Both the position numbers and the translations under genes were made by a program. 64,000 nt of DNA from Coleofasciculus chthonoplastes F2-STO-03 (GTDB lineage Bacteria; Cyanobacteriota; Cyanobacteriia; Cyanobacteriales; Coleofasciculaceae): assembly GCA_040222015.1 (NCBI GenBank), contig JAVJWO010000010.1, positions 1-64,000 on the forward strand. The letters run 5' to 3'. The notes beneath the pieces were generated by a model that was given only the letters and a program-made list of their open reading frames with translations, made no database searches and had not been told where the DNA came from. Below, piece by piece: positions 52,538-63,232 of the stretch. The stretch's first letter is position 1; every line of letters starts with the position of its first letter.

Positions 52538-54889
52538 TTGGTGAAGGATTTACTCATGGTTATTAATACAACGCTGCGCTCTCATAAACCCCTTGGTGGA
52601 CTATACACCAAAACCGGGGAACACGCTTTGGTTTTTCCTTTGAAGCATACGCAAGTGCTGGCGAAGGTGGCGGGGAATTTATCCCGCGTCGAAGTAACCC
52701 AAACCTTTGAAAATTCCTTCCGGGAACCCTTAGAAGCTATCTATATCTTCCCTCTCCCCGATGCGGCGGTGGTGGATGAGATGGAGATTAAACTGGGCGA
52801 TCGCGTGATTAAAGGGGGAATCAAAAAACGGGAAGAGGCGCAGCTAATTTACGAACAAGCCCGCCAAGAGGGACGAACGGCTGGATTATTAGAACAAGAA
52901 CGGGATAATATTTTTACTCAATCTTTAGCAAATATTAAACCCGGAGAACGAATTGATGTCACGATTCGCTATACGGATACGCTGAAATTTAGCGACGGTG
53001 AGTGTGAATTTGTTTTCCCGATGGTAGTAGGACCCCGATTTTGTCCAGGGATTCCTATTGATGAGACAGGGGATAGCGATCGCGTGGCGGATGCGTCACG
53101 GATTATGCCTACAATTATCCCACCCAGTACCCGTTCCGGACATGATATTCAAATCACGGTGGAAATTGACGCTGGGGTTCCCATTTCCAACATTAATTCC
53201 CCCTCGCACCAGATTAGAGTGGAACAGGAGGAAGCAGTGGTGCGCGTACTCCTGGGGGAAGGGGACACAATTCCCAACAAAGACCTAATTTTACGCTATC
53301 AAGTCTCAGGCGATCGCACTCAGGCGACGGTACTGACGCAATCGGATACACGCGGCGGTCATTTCGCCCTCTATTTGATTCCGGCGGTGGATTATTCCGA
53401 TCATGAAATTGTCCCTAAAGATGTGGTTTTTCTCATCGATACATCCGGATCTCAAAAAGGTGATCCGTTCCGTAAATCTCAGGAACTGATGCGCCGATTT
53501 ATCCAGGGATTGAATCCCCAGGATACATTTACGATTCTGGATTTTTCTGATATCACGACCCAATTATCTGCCCAACCTTTAGCCAATACGCCCCAAAATC
53601 GAATTAAAGCCCTCACGTATATTAATCAACTCAAGGCAAATGGCGGCACTTATTTACTCAATGGCATTCGGGCTGTCTTAAATTTCCCCCCTGCCCCCGA
53701 AGGACGGTTACGCAGTATTGTATTAATTACTGATGGTTATATTGGGAATGAATCAGAAATTTTGGCAGAGGTGAAACAGTATCTCAAACCGGGAAATCGT
53801 TTATATAGTTTTGGCGTGGGTAGTTCACCGAATCGGTTTCTTTTAAATCGGATGGCTGAATTAGGGCGAGGAACATCACGAATTGTGCGTCAGGATGAAT
53901 CAACTCAGGCGGTAACTGAAGAATTTTTACGCCATGTTAATAATCCCGTGTTGACGACTATTAATGTGGAGTGGCAAGGAGAGGGAGAGGCGATAATTTA
54001 TCCGACAACTCCCCCCGATTTGTTTACCCAACAACCCTTAGTTTTATTTGGGCGCATTTCTCCAATTCATCCGGAACAGACAGGTATCCTGAAAATTACT
54101 GGAACCGTTACTGGGGGGAAGCGTTATCAACAGGAATTTTACCTGAGATTTGATTCAGAGGGTAATTGTGCGATCGCGCAGTTGTGGGGGCGGGCGCGAA
54201 TCAAGGATCTGATGAATCAAATGTGGCACTGTGAGAAGAAGGCACAGGTTGAGGCAATCATTGAAACAGCCTTAACCTATCAGATTTTAGCCCCCTATAC
54301 AGCGTTTGTTGCCGTCAGTGAACAAATCCGAACTGATCCGCACGGAAAAGGAATTTGTGTCTCTGTACCCGTTGAGGTGCCAGAAGGGGTATCCTATGAA
54401 GGAATCTTCGATCAATCTCCCATGCGTTTCCTCGGACTTAAATTCAGGCGATCGCGAGGCAATTCTGGTTTGCCACCCTCACTCACGACTAATGGGGCGT
54501 CTTCTCCGGTTGTAGGTGATTCCACCCAGCAACCACTCCTTAACTGTACTGATGTTGATATCACTCCTACCCCATCTCCCCCGGTTCCGGATGAAACCAT
54601 TACCAACCTGCAAGTTCTCAGCGTTACCGGATTAGAAAAGTCAAGTGCTACCCTACTCACGCAACACCTGCAACAGGTGATTGTACCATCAGGATACTGT
54701 GGTGAACTTGTCTTTGAGTTTCCGGTGCGTAAGGGGCGTGTGGTGCGGGTATTATGGGATGAGGATGCCTCTAGCCTCAATGAAGCCGTTGTCATTGATG
54801 TAATTAAGCGATCGCTCTTAAGTTGGCGGGTTCCTCAATGGTTAATGGATACGGTGCGTTTAACCTTACGAATTCAAACGGACAGTTAA
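52538..54889 (+). CDS. VIT + von Willebrand factor A domain protein
   Basis: VIT (LEAIYIFPLP, AGLLEQERDNIFTQSLANI), MIDAS DTSGS, ITDGYIG, TAFVAV. Confidence 0.9.
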   Translation: MVKDLLMVINTTLRSHKPLGGLYTKTGEHALVFPLKHTQVLAKVAGNLSRVEVTQTFENSFREPLEAIYIFPLPDAAVVDEMEIKLGDRVIKGGIKKREEAQLIYEQARQEGRTAGLLEQERDNIFTQSLANIKPGERIDVTIRYTDTLKFSDGECEFVFPMVVGPRFCPGIPIDETGDSDRVADASRIMPTIIPPSTRSGHDIQITVEIDAGVPISNINSPSHQIRVEQEEAVVRVLLGEGDTIPNKDLILRYQVSGDRTQATVLTQSDTRGGHFALYLIPAVDYSDHEIVPKDVVFLIDTSGSQKGDPFRKSQELMRRFIQGLNPQDTFTILDFSDITTQLSAQPLANTPQNRIKALTYINQLKANGGTYLLNGIRAVLNFPPAPEGRLRSIVLITDGYIGNESEILAEVKQYLKPGNRLYSFGVGSSPNRFLLNRMAELGRGTSRIVRQDESTQAVTEEFLRHVNNPVLTTINVEWQGEGEAIIYPTTPPDLFTQQPLVLFGRISPIHPEQTGILKITGTVTGGKRYQQEFYLRFDSEGNCAIAQLWGRARIKDLMNQMWHCEKKAQVEAIIETALTYQILAPYTAFVAVSEQIRTDPHGKGICVSVPVEVPEGVSYEGIFDQSPMRFLGLKFRRSRGNSGLPPSLTTNGASSPVVGDSTQQPLLNCTDVDITPTPSPPVPDETITNLQVLSVTGLEKSSATLLTQHLQQVIVPSGYCGELVFEFPVRKGRVVRVLWDEDASSLNEAVVIDVIKRSLLSWRVPQWLMDTVRLTLRIQTDS

Positions 54890-54962
54890 TCCTGTTCCAG
54901 ACGTAGCACTGACAATTATAAAGTTCGGACTAAAAGCTTGCGTCCGGTTAAAACTGATATCT

Positions 54963-55103
54963 TATACCAAATCCGGGTTAGCTACCCCCGTTATAACCCA
55001 GTCCGCGCAGGCGGCCTACCCTTCGGGAAGGCTTCGCCTATGTTTGTATAGCAGCGATTTCAATCGCCTTGGCAAAAGGGGGTAATAAAGGCGGATTTGG
55101 TAT
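54963..55103. mobile_element. MITE with ATACCAAATCCG / CGGATTTGGTAT terminal inverted repeats
   Basis: Perfect 12-bp inverted ends; the same end occurs at ~37679-37690. Confidence 0.65.
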
Positions 55104-55282
55104 TATACCCTTGTCAGTCAGCCTCGACACCCGCCAAGAACTCAAGTTCTTGGCTTATAGCTAAAGTCCACTCAAGTGGACTAAAACTAGAGATGCAGGC
55201 GTCTAAAGATGACTTGCACTTTGGGTTCCTTGAGTTTTAACCCAAGGCGATGGGTGAGACTGAGATACTCCCTGTTACGTCT

Positions 55283-55915
55283 CTAGCCTTTTACCCAAGC
55301 GCGAAATGCCTTCATTGTTTTATTTCTGCCCAAACTTCGACATTGGTTGAGATACTGAGGAATCGCCTCAATGAGTGAAAAATTGGGAAAGTTGGGGCTA
55401 ACTTCAGACGGACTATACTTTCCTTCTCGTAGCACGTTAATTTGTAACCTTCCTTGTTCAAATCGCCACAATTCAGGCACTCCTAAAGCAGCATAGATAC
55501 TTGGATGTGTGCGAGAGGTGACATCAATTTCTAACGCTAAATCTGGAGGGGGATCGACCGTTAAATCAATGCGATCTTTCCCCCGAACCGCTGCTTCGTT
55601 TTGAATATAAAAACAGTTATCCGGTTCGATCCCTTTAATCATCGTCTCATTTTTGAATGTCGTTGAACCCAAGGTGCAAAATTCAATATCTAATTCTTCC
55701 AAAAGTGCTTTGAGTAAATCACTGATGAGTTCTTTCCGACTTTCATGTTCGGGCAACGGTGTCATAATTTCCAGAGTTCCATTATCATACGCCACTCTAG
55801 CGGCACGAGGTTCGCCTAAATCCGCTAAAATCGTCTCAAATTCCTGCCAGCTTATATTTGAAAGTAACACCCGTTGTCCTGGTGGTACGGTAATTCGATT
55901 CAGTTCTAATAACAT
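55283..55915 (-). CDS. Uma2-family (DUF820) putative endonuclease
   Basis: ISWQEFE, EPDNCFY, PPPDLALEID, YAALGVPELW; ATG at 55915 preferred. Confidence 0.9.
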   Translation of the reverse strand: MLLELNRITVPPGQRVLLSNISWQEFETILADLGEPRAARVAYDNGTLEIMTPLPEHESRKELISDLLKALLEELDIEFCTLGSTTFKNETMIKGIEPDNCFYIQNEAAVRGKDRIDLTVDPPPDLALEIDVTSRTHPSIYAALGVPELWRFEQGRLQINVLREGKYSPSEVSPNFPNFSLIEAIPQYLNQCRSLGRNKTMKAFRAWVKG

Positions 55916-56175
55916 GGTTGAACTCCTGGGACTATTAAATTCTGTATTTAGTTTTGTAAATAGTATAAAATGGTCGCATGAAATTGATTTATTTAAACCC
56001 GATTTAGCACTCTGTCCATTGGGTAGATATTTGCCATCTTTGTCCTGTTTAGGTTTGTTTTTCCGGGACAAGTTTCCTGATTTTCAGTGGGTGCAGTCGT
56101 TGATAAAATTTGAAATTCTGTTGGGTTTCCTGGCGTCAACCCAACCTACTGGCTACTGGCGTAGCTCCCCAGCCT

Positions 56176-56427
56176 TTAGTCTCGCGATGAAGCGGCTTTT
56201 GACTCTGCCTCTTCTAACTCGATAATCAAATCAATCAGATGCCTAGCATAACGTAGTGAATCTGTCAACCCTCGCTCCGTCACTGGATAGCTATAACGAG
56301 CAAAATTTTCATTCGGGTGTTGCCAACGTAACCACAACCGTCTGTCAATCATCTTCGTGCTAATTGACCAATCTCGGTAGCGGATTGGTTTGATGGGCAA
56401 GCCGGTGTTGGGATTGTCTGAAGTCAC
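56176..56427 (-). CDS. small hypothetical protein
   Basis: ORF co-oriented downstream of purQ; LWLRWQHP. Confidence 0.55.
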   Translation of the reverse strand: MTSDNPNTGLPIKPIRYRDWSISTKMIDRRLWLRWQHPNENFARYSYPVTERGLTDSLRYARHLIDLIIELEEAESKAASSRD

Positions 56428-56486
56428 TGGCTTTCTTAGGAGTATTGAATTTAATTTACGATTTCAGAGAGCATAAAGAAACTTGG

Positions 56487-57197
56487 CTAGACGGGTTGGA
56501 GTTGCTGTTGATTCATGAACGCTAATAATCCGTGAAATACTTTGATGCCATCCGTAGAGCCCAACACAGAATCAGATGCTCGTTCGGGATGAGGCATCAT
56601 CCCCAATATTTTACCCGTGCGATCGCATATTCCGGCAATGTTGTTCACTGAACCGTTGGGATTGCTGGTTTCGTCGATTTCACCCCTGGAATTGGCGTAA
56701 CGAAAGACAATCTGATTTCCATCTTCGAGGGCTTTCAGGGTATCTGTATGGGCGTAGTAGCGTCCTTCTCCGTGAGCAACGGGCAGTGTGATCATTTCTC
56801 CCGTGGCGTAAGCTGAAGTCCAAGGAATGTCAGTGCGTTCTATTTTCAAGGGAACGCGATCGCAAATAAAATGGAGATCTCGATTCCGGACTAATGCCCC
56901 CGGTAATAACCCGGTTTCGGTTAAGACTTGAAAGCCGTTACAGATACCCAGGACAAATTTACCCTGTTTAGCGTGGGCAATCACATGGGACATAATCGGC
57001 GAAAACTGAGCGATCGCGCCGCAGCGCAGGTAGTCGCCATAACTAAAGCCACCGGGTAAGACAACCACATCCAGATCAGAAATATCCGTTTCTTCATGCC
57101 AAACCATCCGAGTCGGACAGTTGAGCAAATCCTGGGTGACATAAGCAACATCGCGATCGCAGTTTGAGCCAGGAAAAACCACAATACCAAATTTCAT
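56487..57197 (-). CDS. purQ: FGAM synthase subunit PurQ
   Basis: [32 protein letters not shown]. Confidence 0.97.
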   Translation of the reverse strand: MKFGIVVFPGSNCDRDVAYVTQDLLNCPTRMVWHEETDISDLDVVVLPGGFSYGDYLRCGAIAQFSPIMSHVIAHAKQGKFVLGICNGFQVLTETGLLPGALVRNRDLHFICDRVPLKIERTDIPWTSAYATGEMITLPVAHGEGRYYAHTDTLKALEDGNQIVFRYANSRGEIDETSNPNGSVNNIAGICDRTGKILGMMPHPERASDSVLGSTDGIKVFHGLLAFMNQQQLQPV

Positions 57198-57481
57198 GTT
57201 GATACCCCTAACTGTACCTGTACTTCATCCAAATCAAATCGATAATTTTCAATCACCGGATTCGCCAAAAGTTGGTCACAGATGCGATCCAGTTGCTCAC
57301 TGGCTTGGTTTTCATCCGCCGCTGTCAGCATTAACTCAATATACTTGCCGATGCGTACCTGCTTAACATTCGCGATGCCGAGTTGCCCAACCCCGGATTC
57401 GACTGCCACGCCAGCCGGATCTAGAACAGAAGGTCGCAGTGTAACATAAATTCGAGCCTTATACTGACGATTCACAAGCAC
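57194..57481 (-). CDS. purS: FGAM synthase subunit PurS
   Basis: [21 protein letters not shown]; overlaps purQ. Confidence 0.95.
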   Translation of the reverse strand: MLVNRQYKARIYVTLRPSVLDPAGVAVESGVGQLGIANVKQVRIGKYIELMLTAADENQASEQLDRICDQLLANPVIENYRFDLDEVQVQLGVST

Positions 57482-57508
57482 CCCCTAGTGGTTTGAGATT
57501 ACCTTAAT

Positions 57509-57695
57509 GTGACATCCTCCCACACCAAATCAAAGATTATGGTGTGGGTTTCCAACATCGCTGTTAGACATTGCTGCCCTACGCCACTTATCTAGGTCCT
57601 ATGCCCCCGACAGCCCGACTTGACAGCCAATTTCTTTCCCCCAGAGTCCCTGGGTACTCAGTTGATCATAGCCTCGGTTACAGATTTCTTGTTAG
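57509..57695 (-). mobile_element. IS200/IS605-family remnant: TnpB C-terminal codons plus right end
   Basis: The minus strand encodes QEICNRGYDQLSTQGLWGKEIGCQVGLSGA*, then a subterminal hairpin CCCACACCA..TGGTGTGGG and the end GGAGGATGTCAC. Confidence 0.55.
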
Positions 57696-57761
57696 GTTTA
57701 AATTTTGAATTACTAATCCCCAATAGTCCATATCCTTTTTCCTCGATTAACCCCTAAATCT

Positions 57762-58196
57762 ATGAAAGCCCAACGCACCCGTTCTCAAGAACGAATTTTA
57801 AAGTTGCTCAAAACCTTAAATCGTGCTGTCTCTGCCCAGGATATTCATATCGAGTTACGCAAGCGGAAGCAAGGTATGGGTCTAGCCACAGTTTACCGCT
57901 CTCTCGATGCCTTGAAACTTGAAGGAGTGGTACAAATGCGGACTCTAGCGACTGGCGAATCCCTCTACAGTTTATTGCAGGATCAACACCATCTCACCTG
58001 TCTCAATTGTGGGCGATCAATTCCCATCGAGGAATGTCCTGTCCACAATTTAGAGACCCAGTTACAAGATAACCACCACTTTCAAATTTACTATCATACC
58101 CTAGAATTTTTTGGGCTCTGTGAGGATTGTCAAATGGTTGAAGCTGATCAAAACCGTCGTTATAGTGTCAAGGGGATGCAGAGGGGAGAGTTTTGA
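57762..58196 (+). CDS. zur: Fur-family regulator, Zur/FurB-like
   Basis: GLATVYRSL, HHLTCLNC, CEDC; N-terminus typical of cyanobacterial FurB. Confidence 0.75.
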   Translation: MKAQRTRSQERILKLLKTLNRAVSAQDIHIELRKRKQGMGLATVYRSLDALKLEGVVQMRTLATGESLYSLLQDQHHLTCLNCGRSIPIEECPVHNLETQLQDNHHFQIYYHTLEFFGLCEDCQMVEADQNRRYSVKGMQRGEF

Positions 58197-58382
58197 GTTT
58201 TGGCGCGAGGGCATAAGCGCGTGACCCTTCGCCACCCAAAATCCAAGGAAATCTGGTTGGCGTGTAGGGGCGGGTTTCACTATTATCGTTTATTCTCTCA
58301 CCTAGATGCGACTAAACCCGCCCCGAAGTAGAGACGAGACGTATCATGCTACGTCTCTACTCCCTCCCCTTGTCCCCAATCT

Positions 58383-59972
58383 TTACAATGGACGATAAAC
58401 CCGATAGTTAATTTTGGGGAAGATGTTATCGATTTCCTCGACTTTTTCCAACCAGCCACTGTCGATTTTACCGATTTTGATATCCTCATACAGCTTATTA
58501 AACCGCATCAAGTGCGATCGCGTCCGCCGCACGGCATAGGGTACCATAGTTCCTGTCCGCATAATAAACGCCCAGTCCGACGATTGCGCCAGGAGTACCT
58601 CTCGCGCCGCCTGGTTTAGCGCTTTCCATTCCAGTTCATCAGCGGGTTCGCGACGCCCTAACTCAATCATCCGTTCCGCTGCTTTGTGCAGGTGAGGATA
58701 AATCCAAGCATTGGTTTCATTCAGCCAATATTCATGGAATCCCTTATACCCCCAGCTTGACTGAGACGGCTTACAAACCTGCTGGGTGGGATTATCCTGC
58801 AAATAGTCCGCCAGGTGGGTCATGTCATAAGTCCCCTGATCATACCAAGACTTACGGAACAGATAATCGATAAACCACGGTCCCTCGTACCACCAATGAC
58901 CAAACAGTTCCGCATCATAAGGGGAAACCACAATCGGCGGACGCTGCATAATTCCCGCCAAATGACCCACCTGTTGTTCCCGGTTAAACATAAAGTTAGC
59001 CGCATTTTCCGCAGCTTTTTCTCGCGCCCAATAGGGGTCATACAACGCCTTATCCCCTAACCCTAATCCACGACCTGTGATCCGGTGATATTTAATTCCT
59101 GTATTTTTGCGCTGTCCATTGGGCATGATATAGGGCTTAATGTACTCGTATTCGGCTTCCCAGCCTAAATCCTTGTAAAATTCCCGATATTCCGGTGAAC
59201 CTGGATACCCCACTTCCGAAGACCACACCTGCTGAGAGGACTCGTGATCTCGCCCAAATGCAGCTACCCCTGTCTCCGTATAAATCGGAGCATAAGTGCC
59301 AAACCGGGGACGGGGACGGGCATACAAGATCCCGTGACCATCGGTGAGGAAATAGCGTAAGCCCGCATCAGCGAGTAACCGTTCTACCCCTTCGTAATAA
59401 GCGCATTCGGGTAACCACATCCCTTTCGGGGGACGCCCAAAGGTTTGCTCATAATGCTCACAAGCCACCTGAATTTGCGCCCAAACAGCTTGGGGATACA
59501 TCTTCATCAGCGGAAAATAGCCGTGAGTCGCGCCGCAAGTGATGATTTCCAGGTTATTGCTGTCTAGAAATTGTTTAAATGCCATAACTAGGTCACCGCT
59601 ATAGCGATTCCAGGTTTGGCGAATCAGGCTGAACTCGTTAACGTAATGTTCAGCTAGGTAGCGGATATGACCATTGTGTTCGTTATGCTCGACTTCCTTT
59701 TGAACTAAGTCTTCGAGTAAGGCAAGATGTTTGTCGTAGCGTTCTTGCAACAGAGGATCTTTTAGCATCGACACCAAAGGGGGTGTCATGCTCATGGTGA
59801 TTTTAAAGTCCACCCCATCCCGCTTTAACCCTTCAAAGACATGCAGGAGGGGGACGTAAGTTTCGGTGATGGCTTCAAATAGCCATTCTTCTTCCAAAAC
59901 ATAGTCACTTTCTGGATGCCGCACAAAAGGTAGATGGGCATGAAGGACGAGCGCAACGTAGCCGATAGCCAT
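58383..59972 (-). CDS. glycoside hydrolase family 57 (branching enzyme-type)
   Basis: LHAHLP, WLPECAY, PYDAELFGHWWYEG, AQSSDW. Confidence 0.92.
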   Translation of the reverse strand: MAIGYVALVLHAHLPFVRHPESDYVLEEEWLFEAITETYVPLLHVFEGLKRDGVDFKITMSMTPPLVSMLKDPLLQERYDKHLALLEDLVQKEVEHNEHNGHIRYLAEHYVNEFSLIRQTWNRYSGDLVMAFKQFLDSNNLEIITCGATHGYFPLMKMYPQAVWAQIQVACEHYEQTFGRPPKGMWLPECAYYEGVERLLADAGLRYFLTDGHGILYARPRPRFGTYAPIYTETGVAAFGRDHESSQQVWSSEVGYPGSPEYREFYKDLGWEAEYEYIKPYIMPNGQRKNTGIKYHRITGRGLGLGDKALYDPYWAREKAAENAANFMFNREQQVGHLAGIMQRPPIVVSPYDAELFGHWWYEGPWFIDYLFRKSWYDQGTYDMTHLADYLQDNPTQQVCKPSQSSWGYKGFHEYWLNETNAWIYPHLHKAAERMIELGRREPADELEWKALNQAAREVLLAQSSDWAFIMRTGTMVPYAVRRTRSHLMRFNKLYEDIKIGKIDSGWLEKVEEIDNIFPKINYRVYRPL

Positions 59973-60219
59973 AGTGAATAGAAGTCGTGAATTGTTAGAT
60001 AACGAAAAGTTTAGGATAGCCTGGGAGGTTTACAGTCATTTAAGATTTTAGGACGAAAGGGACAGCAAAAGGATAGATAAACCTCACAAACCATTTAGTT
60101 TTGCGGAAAATCTAAAATAGAGATTAAATTATAAGGAAGCAAAGACCCCCCAGCCCTAGGCAGTCAAGTCCCATGTTCTCCTATAATTGCCCCAGTTAAG
60201 AGTGCTAACACCCAATTTC

Positions 60220-61410
60220 ATGCAGGTCGCTCATGAGAACTCTCCGGATGGGGAAGCCACCTTACAGCTTCTGCTGTTTGTCGATGAGCGCCCCAGTTCC
60301 CGGAAACATATCCATCGCATCCGCAACTATCTGGAGTCCTTGAAACAGGACTATCCGTTTGAACTGATGATTGTGAAGGTGGGAGAACAGCCCTATTTAG
60401 CCGAACAGTTTAAAATTGTAGCTACTCCAGCCCTGCTAAAGATTCATCCCCAACCCCGACAAACCCTAGCGGGAACGAATTTACTCGGACAGTTGCAGAA
60501 CTGTTGGTCACGCTGGCAACGCTGTATCGAAGACTATAAAGCCGAATTAACCCAGCAGATGATCTTATCCGCTAACAGGGATATCTCCAGTGAGAATGGC
60601 TCATCCGCCAAACCTTCCATAGCATCTTCCGTCGAAGTGATTCAACTCACTGACGAAATTTTTCGCCTCAACCAAGAAAACGCAGCACTGCGGGAAAATA
60701 TCCATTTTAAAGACCAAATCTTGTCCATGTTAGCTCATGACATCCGCAATCCTTTAACCGCCGCATCCATTGCCTTAGATACCCTGCAATTAGGTCAAAA
60801 CACCCCCAGTCAATCCCCTCGTCCTGAATTGACGCCCACTCTAAAAGCCCGGTTATTTGAACAAGCACGTATCCAACTCCGTACCATCGATCGCATGATT
60901 ACGGAAATCCTGCAAGCCGCCAAAGGCAGCAACGCCGACTTTTACGTTAAACCCCGCAAACTGGCTTTAGGACCCTTGTGTCAAGATATTCTCAATCAAA
61001 TGCAGGAGTCCTTCCAACTCAAATCCCAGATTGTGGAAACAGACATTCCCCAGGATTTACCCCCTGTCCATGCCGATAGTGAGTTGGTGCGTCAAGTCAT
61101 CGTCAATCTGCTAGACAATGCCAACAAATACACCCCAAAAGGGGGTAAAATTCAGGTTTCGATGCTGCACCGCACCACCCAAAAAGTTCAAGTCTCGGTC
61201 TATGATACAGGTCCGGGTATCCCGGAAGAAAATCGCGATCACATTTTTGAGAATCATTTCCGACTCAAACGCGATCAAGGCGAGGACGGGTACGGGATTG
61301 GTTTATCCTTGTGTCAACGCATAATTCGCGCCCATTATGGTCGCATCTGGGTCGATTCCTCACCCAAAGGTGGTGGCTGTTTCCACTTTACCCTACCCAT
61401 TTATCGGTAA
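60220..61410 (+). CDS. sasA: circadian output histidine kinase SasA
   Basis: KaiB-like N-terminus (QPYLAEQFKIVATPALLKI), LAHDIRNP, HATPase. Confidence 0.9.
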   Translation: MQVAHENSPDGEATLQLLLFVDERPSSRKHIHRIRNYLESLKQDYPFELMIVKVGEQPYLAEQFKIVATPALLKIHPQPRQTLAGTNLLGQLQNCWSRWQRCIEDYKAELTQQMILSANRDISSENGSSAKPSIASSVEVIQLTDEIFRLNQENAALRENIHFKDQILSMLAHDIRNPLTAASIALDTLQLGQNTPSQSPRPELTPTLKARLFEQARIQLRTIDRMITEILQAAKGSNADFYVKPRKLALGPLCQDILNQMQESFQLKSQIVETDIPQDLPPVHADSELVRQVIVNLLDNANKYTPKGGKIQVSMLHRTTQKVQVSVYDTGPGIPEENRDHIFENHFRLKRDQGEDGYGIGLSLCQRIIRAHYGRIWVDSSPKGGGCFHFTLPIYR

Positions 61411-61583
61411 ACGTTAAAGCGATGTAAAGACGTTCCGATGAAATATCTTTTGTAGGGGCGGGTTTTACCGTTAACCTTGGGTGTTACCCTGATATAACTA
61501 AACCCGCCCCGACCTAACCGTTCAATTATCACAAATGACGAATGACGAATGACGAATGACAAATGACGAATGACAAATGACAA

Positions 61584-63155
61584 ATGACCAAAATGCGAAA
61601 AACCAAAATTGAACGAGTACGGGGCGTCAACGATGTCTTGCCCGATGATTATGCCATCACTAAACAACTTGAGGATACCCTGCGCCAATGCTTCCAATCC
61701 TTCGGCTATCGTCCAATTGACGTGCCACTGATTGAATATACAGAACTGTATTTAAGGAAATCCGGTGAAGAAATCGCCCCCCGTCTCTATGACTTCATCT
61801 ACCGCAACCGCCGCCTTTGCTTGCGCCCCGAATTTACCGCCTCGGTTGTCCGCGCTTATGTAGACAACCTGCAAGGCGTTCCCCAACCCATTCGCCTCTA
61901 CTATGCGGGTTCAGCCTTCCGCTACGAACGCCCCCAGAAAGAACGCTACCGCCAGTTTAACCAGATGGGGATTGAACTGATTGGCGCGACAGGGGCGATG
62001 GCAGATGCGGAAATTATCGCGATCGCATCCCAAGGGTTAAATCGTTTAGGATTAAGCGGGTATCGAATCGTTCTGGGTCATATTGGCGTAATCTCTAAAT
62101 TTCTGGATAACCTCCAGATCGAAAGTCGCTTGCGTAGCTTCCTGCTAACCAATATGGAAATTTTACGCAAGGAAGGCAAATCCGCTGTAGAACAGCGTTT
62201 GTGTGATATCTATCCCGCCTTTGCCCTCTATACCTCTAACCCCAAACTCAGCCTAGAACAAACGAACTCTGAAACTGTCCACAGCCAACGGTTGAGTCAA
62301 CTCTTTCAGGGAATGGCAGAATCCGACGCCCAAACTGCGATTCTGGATCTCCTAGACAGCATGAATATTGAATTGGCGGGTAATCGCGACGCCCAGGAAA
62401 TTGTTGATCGCCTGCTGACCAAAATAAAACGCCAAGATCAAACTGAGAGAGTCAGCAAGGCGCTAGAGTTTATGAGTCAACTGGGACAACTGGTAGGAGA
62501 ACCCACGGAAGTCTTAAAAGAAGCCCAAACTCTTCTCTGTTCCCATGGCATCGATGATGCTGGACTTGAGCAACTGCGTGAGATTATTAAGACATTAGAA
62601 TTCTACAATCTAAATTCTAGTCAAATTAGCCTGGATTTAGGACTTAGCCGAGGATTGCAATACTATACAGGCATGATTTTTGAAATCTATCATGGTGCCG
62701 GCAAGCAGGAGCGACAAATCTGCGGCGGTGGTCGATATGATGATTTGGTCGGAACCTTCGGTGGACGCCAAAATACCCCAGCCACTGGCTTTTCCTACGG
62801 GATGGAACGGCTGAGATTAGCCCTAGAAGCCGAGGGCAAAGTTTGGCAAGTGGATCAATTCGTGGATGTTTGGGTGGTTCCTGTCAGTCAAGATGATGCC
62901 GGGTATGCCATTAGTGTTGCTCAAAAAATGCGACATACTGGATTGGCAGTCGCTATGGATCTGAGAGGAAAAAGTGTTTCCAGTAACTTCCAATACGCCG
63001 ACAAACAAGGCATTCCCTACACCATTCTCGTGGGTTCAGAGGAACGACAAGCGTCAAAGGTTGTACTGAAGCAGATGGATTCTGGAGAACAGCAGCAGTT
63101 AACCGTAAGCGACGCCGCCAAGTATATTCATGATCGATTAAGCCGGATAACTTGA
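61584..63155 (+). CDS. HisS/HisZ-family protein
   Basis: LRPEFTAS, FRYERPQ, RGLQYYTG, GGGRYD and a C-terminal anticodon-binding-like domain; large central insert; upstream of hisG. Confidence 0.8.
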   Translation: MTKMRKTKIERVRGVNDVLPDDYAITKQLEDTLRQCFQSFGYRPIDVPLIEYTELYLRKSGEEIAPRLYDFIYRNRRLCLRPEFTASVVRAYVDNLQGVPQPIRLYYAGSAFRYERPQKERYRQFNQMGIELIGATGAMADAEIIAIASQGLNRLGLSGYRIVLGHIGVISKFLDNLQIESRLRSFLLTNMEILRKEGKSAVEQRLCDIYPAFALYTSNPKLSLEQTNSETVHSQRLSQLFQGMAESDAQTAILDLLDSMNIELAGNRDAQEIVDRLLTKIKRQDQTERVSKALEFMSQLGQLVGEPTEVLKEAQTLLCSHGIDDAGLEQLREIIKTLEFYNLNSSQISLDLGLSRGLQYYTGMIFEIYHGAGKQERQICGGGRYDDLVGTFGGRQNTPATGFSYGMERLRLALEAEGKVWQVDQFVDVWVVPVSQDDAGYAISVAQKMRHTGLAVAMDLRGKSVSSNFQYADKQGIPYTILVGSEERQASKVVLKQMDSGEQQQLTVSDAAKYIHDRLSRIT

Positions 63156-63232
63156 CAAATGATGGTGCTTGCTTTTTTTCAGAAGCGGGTATCACAAATG
63201 ACCAATGACGAATGACCAATGACAAATCACCA

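Noticed and set aside
55653..56225. 190-aa plus-strand ORF and other nested antisense ORFs
   Set aside because: They overlap well-supported genes on the opposite strand and have no motifs
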